DNA of 32,000 bases from Acidothermus cellulolyticus 11B (lineage in GTDB: Bacteria; Actinomycetota; Actinomycetes; Acidothermales; Acidothermaceae). This document shows, piece by piece, positions 25,630 to 32,000 of the stretch. Below the pieces are notes generated by a model. That model had not been told where the DNA came from. It did no database searches and was given only the letters and a program-made list of their open reading frames with translations. Position numbers and translations under genes: made by a program. The stretch is taken from contig NC_008578.1 of assembly GCF_000015025.1 (NCBI RefSeq), positions 2,130,001-2,162,000 of the forward strand, in the 5' to 3' direction. Positions within the stretch are counted from its first letter, which is position 1; the number at the start of each line of letters is the position of its first letter.

Positions 25630-26236
25630 CGTCACCTCCGCCGTGCGTCTCAACAGTCCCGTCCGATTGGACAGTGCCGTCCGACTCGGCGATCCCGTCC
25701 ATCTCGACAGTCCCGTCCGATTGGACATCCTCTACCGCAGCGATATCAACGCACGGGCCACGCGCGCTCCACTCCGGAAGCATCGCCAGTGCCTCGTCAC
25801 CGAACGGGTTGACGCCGGGTCCGACGGCAAGCGCGTGCGCCACCAGCGCGTGCAGGCACTTGACCCGGTGGGGCATCCCGCCGACACCGGGATCCCCGGG
25901 CAGCCGACCGAGTTCGTTACGTCGGGCCACGTAGTCCTCGTAGGCGCGGCGATACCGGTCTGCGAGCTCCGGGTCGGTCCGCAGCCGGTTGGTCATGTCC
26001 CGCATGACGCCGCGTGCTTCAAGACGGCCGACGGCTGAAACAGCCCGCGGACAGGTCAAGTAATACAGCGTCGGAAATGGTGTGCCGTCGGGCAGATATG
26101 GCGTGGTCTGCACAACGTCCGGCAGGCCGCATCGGCACCAATGCGCGATGGCGCGGGTGCCGCGGGGCCGGCGGCCCAGCTGTGCAGCGACGACCGCGAG
26201 GTCGCGCGGGGTCGCGGGTGTCACCACGCCGGTCAC
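25607..26236 (-). CDS. DUF501 domain protein (Rv1025-like)
   Basis: The conserved core is GRRPRGTRAIAHWCRCGLPDVVQTTPYLPDGTPFPTLYYLTCPRAVSAVGRLEA...GMPHRVKCLHALVAHALA. GTG 26236 forms a GTGA overlap with the ftsB-like stop. The 3' end overlaps the ppx start by 23 nt. Confidence 0.8.
   Translation of the reverse strand: MTGVVTPATPRDLAVVAAQLGRRPRGTRAIAHWCRCGLPDVVQTTPYLPDGTPFPTLYYLTCPRAVSAVGRLEARGVMRDMTNRLRTDPELADRYRRAYEDYVARRNELGRLPGDPGVGGMPHRVKCLHALVAHALAVGPGVNPFGDEALAMLPEWSARGPCVDIAAVEDVQSDGTVEMDGIAESDGTVQSDGTVETHGGGDGDPGRGH
25637..25726. repeat. Imperfect tandem array of five 18-nt units (best unit agtcccgtccgattggac)
   Basis: Units 25655-25672 and 25709-25726 are identical. The three others share the CCGTCC core. 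On the minus strand the array encodes (V/A)(Q/E)x(D/H)G(T/I/G) hexapeptides in the DUF501 tail. Confidence 0.85.
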
Positions 26237-26718
26237 GGTAACGCGGGGCTTGCGGACGGTTGCGGGTCGGGGGACGGCCGGGGGGTCGGCGTCGCGGCGC
26301 CGGCGGCGAGCACCGAGTTCCATAACGTGCCGTACCACGGTCTGGCATCCCCGCCGGACGTCGGCCTGGTCCCCGGCGTGGACGTCGGGGTCGGGCTGAG
26401 GGTGATGTAGAGCACGGTCCCCGGCGGTACGTAGTGCAACCGCTGCCGTGCCTGGTCGGCGACGTAGCTGGGGTCGGACCACCGCTGTTCCTCGCTACGG
26501 AGGGCCGCCAGCTGTTTCCGGGTCGCGTCGACATGCGACCGGGCGTCGGCGATTTGCGCCCGCTGCGACAGCCATTCACGGAGCGGCTCGGCGACCGCGA
26601 TGCTCGACGCCGCGAGCACGACGGCAAGCACCGCCGCCCGCGCGGTGAACGATGCGCGCCGACGCGGGGTCCGCGAAGCCGGACGGCGATTCCGGCGCGG
26701 CTGCCGACCGTCCCTCAC
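26233..26718 (-). CDS. ftsB: Septum formation initiator family protein (FtsB/DivIC-like, Rv1024-like)
   Basis: Basic N-terminus, a single TM (AAVLAVVLAASSIAV), a coiled-coil segment (LSQRAQIADARSHVDATRKQLAALRSEEQRWSDPSYVADQARQRLHYV) and a Pro/Thr-rich tail. It sits between eno and DUF501, as in mycobacteria. Confidence 0.78.
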   Translation of the reverse strand: MRDGRQPRRNRRPASRTPRRRASFTARAAVLAVVLAASSIAVAEPLREWLSQRAQIADARSHVDATRKQLAALRSEEQRWSDPSYVADQARQRLHYVPPGTVLYITLSPTPTSTPGTRPTSGGDARPWYGTLWNSVLAAGAATPTPRPSPDPQPSASPALP

Positions 26719-26748
26719 AGCTGGCAGGCTCTCACGCCCGCGTTGCCG

Positions 26749-28763
<2,015 letters not shown>

Positions 28764-28786
28764 GGCGACCCGGTTCGGTGCTCCGG

Positions 28787-29752
28787 TCAGCCTGCCGGCG
28801 AGGACGGCGGCGAGGACGGTGCGCCGCCGGCTGCGGGTGTCGACAAGGACGTCGCGGAATTCGAAGCCGGGACGACGGTCTGCGACGCGGCGTCCCAGAC
28901 GCCGTACCGCGGGCTGACGCTGATCGGATACTGCTTGGCGATCGAGGTGAGATATTTGGTCACGGCTTGCTGCTGCAATTGTTGCGCGACCTGGCTCCCA
29001 GAAACCGAGGAGAGCGGACGGTTACCTCGGTCGACGACCATGATGATGTAATAACCGCTCGAATCCGATTCCAGGAACGGCGTATTGAGCGGCTTGTTCT
29101 GGATATCCGTTTTCAGCGGGTCCGAGAGGCCGTCGATCGGCACCTCGCCGACATCGCCGCCGTTCGCGGCCGACTGGTCCTGCGAATATTGTTTGGCCAG
29201 CTGCGCAAAATCGCCCGGATTCGCGGTCACCTTCGCCAGCACCGTGTCGGCCGTCGATTTGTCGGTCAGCGAGATCACCTTGACGTGGGCGACGGCGACC
29301 ACCTGATCCTTGGTCAACGCGGCGGCAAGGCCTTGTTCGAGGAGGTAGTAGTACAAGTAGTCATGGAGATCAGCAGCCGCGATACCGTTCGATGCCGCCG
29401 CGGCCTCCAGCTGGGCGCGGGAACCCTCCTGCTGCTCGGCAAGCGCCAGTTCGTGCTGGACGTCGGCCTCGCTCACGGTGACCCCACGGGACGCCGCCGC
29501 CCGCTGCAGGAGCACATCCTTGATCAACCTGGTGAGGACGTCCCGGCGCAAGCCTGCCGGATCCGCTTGCGCGGCGGCGCGGGTACCGGAGTCCTGGAGC
29601 ATGACGTTGGCCGCCTTCTGGACCTGCGCATCGGTGATCCGGACATCGCCTACGGTCGCGGCGGCCCCCGGGTGCGCCGGTCCGCACGCGCTGATCGCCA
29701 GCGCAGCGGTGCCGAGCATCGCGGCCAGCAGCGGAGAATGCCATCTGCGCAT
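28787..29752 (-). CDS. Lipoprotein with a SurA-N-like / parvulin (PpiC)-like chaperone architecture
   Basis: Lipobox LAISAC after a signal peptide (MRRWHSPLLAAMLGTAALAISACG). The C-terminal FAQLAKQYSQDQSAANGGDVG resembles a PpiC-type rotamase segment. ATG 29752 is preferred over the TTG at 29776. Confidence 0.7.
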   Translation of the reverse strand: MRRWHSPLLAAMLGTAALAISACGPAHPGAAATVGDVRITDAQVQKAANVMLQDSGTRAAAQADPAGLRRDVLTRLIKDVLLQRAAASRGVTVSEADVQHELALAEQQEGSRAQLEAAAASNGIAAADLHDYLYYYLLEQGLAAALTKDQVVAVAHVKVISLTDKSTADTVLAKVTANPGDFAQLAKQYSQDQSAANGGDVGEVPIDGLSDPLKTDIQNKPLNTPFLESDSSGYYIIMVVDRGNRPLSSVSGSQVAQQLQQQAVTKYLTSIAKQYPISVSPRYGVWDAASQTVVPASNSATSLSTPAAGGAPSSPPSSPAG

Positions 29753-29841
29753 GGAACGGTCCTTTGTCGACGCCAACCAAACGCCGACCAGGCTATCGCA
29801 GCCCGCACCCCGCTGCGTACGCTGGCGCCGGGGGGTTGCCT

Positions 29842-30831
29842 GTGACGCTCCGCAGCTATCGCGTCGCGATCGTGGTCGTCACGCACAACAGCGCGGCCGT
29901 TCTTCCCGGCTTCTTCGACTCCCTTGCGGCGGGGCTCCGCGACGCCGACCCGGACACCCCTGCCGGCATTGACGATCCCGTCGTCATCGTCGCCGACAAC
30001 GATTCGCGGGACGACACCCTGGCGCGCGCCGCCGACGCAGCACAGGCGGCCCGGGTGACGCTCGAGGTGGTCCGGCTCGGTGGCAACCGTGGGTATGCGG
30101 CGGGCGTCAACGCAGGGACGGCGGCCGCCGGGGACGTTGACGCCGTACTGGTCGCCAATCCCGACGTCCGGTTCACCGACGGCGCGCTCCCGCGGATGCT
30201 CGCCCGGCTCCACGCCACGCCTCGGGTCGGCATCGTCGTCCCACGGATCCGATCGGCCGACGGCCGGTTGTCCTTCTCCCTGCGCCGCTCCCCAAGCCTG
30301 CTGCGAGCCGCGGCGGAGGCGCTGGTCGGAAATGAGCGCGCTGCGCGGCTGGGAATCGGCGAAATCATCGCTGATGAACGCGCCTACCAGCAGGCGACCG
30401 TCGCCGCATGGGCCACCGGATGCGCCATGCTCATCTCCCGGGAATGCCTCAACGCGGTCGGGCCGTGGGACGAGTCCTTCTTCTTGTATTCGGAGGAGAC
30501 GGATTTCGCCTTGCGGGCGCACGACAGGGGCTTCCTTCTCCAGCTCGAACCACGCGCGGAAATCGTCCACCTGGGCGGGGAATCCCGCATCTCGCCGCAG
30601 CTATGGTCACTCCTTGCCGTCAACCGCGTCCGGCTCTACCGAAAACGGCACGGCGCAGCGGCGACGGCGCTCTTCCGCGGTGTCGTGATCGCGCGGGAAC
30701 TCTCCCGAGCGGCCCTGGGCTCGGCGCCGAGCCGGGCCGCATTGCGCGTGCTGCTGACGAACGCTGACCCAGTGCCGGGCTTTCTCGACGGCGAGACCCC
30801 CGGCGGTTCCCGCCGCGGAGCACCGGGCTGA
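29842..30831 (+). CDS. Family 2 glycosyltransferase (GT-A fold)
   Basis: VAIVVVTHNS, VVIVADNDSRDDT, GGNRGYAAGVNAG and CAMLISRECLNAVGPWDESFFLYSEETDFALRA are typical GT2 motifs. The start is taken at GTG 29842 and is uncertain. Confidence 0.85.
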   Translation: MTLRSYRVAIVVVTHNSAAVLPGFFDSLAAGLRDADPDTPAGIDDPVVIVADNDSRDDTLARAADAAQAARVTLEVVRLGGNRGYAAGVNAGTAAAGDVDAVLVANPDVRFTDGALPRMLARLHATPRVGIVVPRIRSADGRLSFSLRRSPSLLRAAAEALVGNERAARLGIGEIIADERAYQQATVAAWATGCAMLISRECLNAVGPWDESFFLYSEETDFALRAHDRGFLLQLEPRAEIVHLGGESRISPQLWSLLAVNRVRLYRKRHGAAATALFRGVVIARELSRAALGSAPSRAALRVLLTNADPVPGFLDGETPGGSRRGAPG

Positions 30832-30856
30832 TCCGTCGCAGGCCGCGGCGATGCCG

Positions 30857-32000
30857 CTATCGGGCCGCGGAAATCGGCGCATCGAGCACTGTCTGGACCA
30901 GGTCGCGCACCCAGAGCACGAGCGGTGCGTCACGGAGCAGGTCACCGCGTCCGTCCTGCGCCCGCGGGCGGGGAACGAGAATCGCCTGGACGGCGTCCTT
31001 GACGATCGATTTCGGATACAGCCGCTGCAGCCGCACCTTCTGCGAATCCCGCAATTGCACCGGCGCCAGACGAATATACGTGCCCTGCAACGCAACTTCG
31101 GTGACCCCATGCGCCCGCAATGTCCCGCGGAGCTTGGCCACCTCGAGCAGGTTCCGCACCGGCTCCGGCAACGGACCGTACCGGTCGAGGAGCTCCTCCG
31201 CGATCGCGTCGACGTCGGGATCGGACGTCGCTTCCGCCAGCGCCTGATACGTCGCGAGCCGGAGTCGCTCGGCGTCGATGTAATCGTGCGGAATGTGCGC
31301 CTCCACCGGCAGATCGAGCCGGACGTCGACGGGTTCGCGGCTCTGGTCGCCGCGGAAATCGGCCACTGCTTCACCAACCAATCGCATGTACAAATCGAAG
31401 CCGACCTCGGCGATATGGCCGGATTGTTCGCCGCCGAGGAGGTTGCCGGCGCCGCGGATTTCCAGGTCCTTCATCGCAATGGACATTCCAGAACCCAAAT
31501 CGGAATGCTGGGCGATGGTGGCAAGTCGGTCGTGGGCCGTCTCGGTGAGCGGACGGTCGGCGGGATAGCAGAAATACGCGTAACCGCGCTCCCGGCCGCG
31601 CCCGACCCGGCCGCGCAGTTGATAGAGCTGGCCCAGACCAAGGAGGTCAGCCCGTTCGACGATGAGCGTATTCGCATTCGGAATGTCCAGGCCGGACTCG
31701 ATGATGGTGGTGCAGACCAGAACGTCGAACGCCCGCTCCCAGAATCCGATCATCACCTGCTCGAGCGCATCTTCGTTCATCTGGCCGTGGGCGACGGCGA
31801 CGCGGGCTTCCGGGACCAGTTCCCGGACCCGGGCCGCGGCCTGTTCGATGGTTTCCACCCGATTGTGCACGTAGAACACCTGGCCCTCGCGGAGCAATTC
31901 CCGCCGAATCGCTGCAGCGATCTGGTGTTCGTCGAAGGGTCCGACGAATGTCAGGACGGGATGCCGCTCTTCGGGCGGTGTTTGAATGACCGACATTTCG
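30857..32000 (-). CDS. mfd: Transcription-repair coupling factor Mfd, C-terminal part (gene continues beyond the right edge)
   Basis: Helicase motifs V-VI and the TRG region ([68 protein letters not shown]). The frame is open to the window end. Confidence 0.95.
   Translation of the reverse strand, partial: EMSVIQTPPEERHPVLTFVGPFDEHQIAAAIRRELLREGQVFYVHNRVETIEQAAARVRELVPEARVAVAHGQMNEDALEQVMIGFWERAFDVLVCTTIIESGLDIPNANTLIVERADLLGLGQLYQLRGRVGRGRERGYAYFCYPADRPLTETAHDRLATIAQHSDLGSGMSIAMKDLEIRGAGNLLGGEQSGHIAEVGFDLYMRLVGEAVADFRGDQSREPVDVRLDLPVEAHIPHDYIDAERLRLATYQALAEATSDPDVDAIAEELLDRYGPLPEPVRNLLEVAKLRGTLRAHGVTEVALQGTYIRLAPVQLRDSQKVRLQRLYPKSIVKDAVQAILVPRPRAQDGRGDLLRDAPLVLWVRDLVQTVLDAPISAAR

Noticed and set aside
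5373-25726. Whether any of the tandem repeat arrays is a CRISPR array
   Set aside because: The units are 15-27 nt and directly abut each other with no unique spacers. Three arrays lie inside reading frames. No cas genes are present.
25630-25728. 33-codon N-terminal extension of the ppx ORF (MSNRTGLSRWTGSPSRTALSNRTGLL...)
   Set aside because: It is the 18-nt repeat array read in another frame. GGAGG plus GTG at 25629 sits directly in front of the conserved AIDCGTNS start of Ppx/GppA proteins.

Overview
This window is a GC-rich chromosomal core segment (judged by eye, not computed) from a mycothiol-producing actinobacterium. I support 34 protein-coding genes and one tRNA. I found no rRNA, CRISPR array, transposase, integrase, phage gene or low-GC island.

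Two conserved actinobacterial blocks are recognisable from memory of Mycobacterium tuberculosis gene order. One is mca/greA at 2.5-4 kb. The other is mfd - mazG - eno - ftsB-like - DUF501 - ppx at 24.7-32 kb on the minus strand. The rest is housekeeping or sensory:
- DUF255 thioredoxin-domain protein (absent from the ORF track because its stop lies off-window), ogt, ilvA
- a MarR + DHA2 efflux pair, a FIST protein, and an Rv0958/Rv0959-like AAA+/VWA pair followed by a second MFS transporter
- DUF72, a short MscS-like channel, msrA, NDH-2 and a family-5-like uracil-DNA glycosylase
- a secreted S8 protease and a membrane GAF-GGDEF-EAL protein

I do not see a clear novel multi-gene system such as a defence island. 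The observations most worth a second look are:
1. A 73-nt tRNA with anticodon UAA, a Leu-like D-arm and A73, but no long variable arm.
2. Thirteen tandem STWTG pentapeptide units at the C-terminus of the S8 protease.
3. Five independent short tandem duplications whose unit lengths are all multiples of three. One is a 27-nt array between ilvA and marR.
4. A perfect 9-bp inverted repeat overlapping the marR start codon.

All family calls rest on motif recognition by eye. No BLAST, HMM or covariance-model search was possible, and start codons are best guesses.
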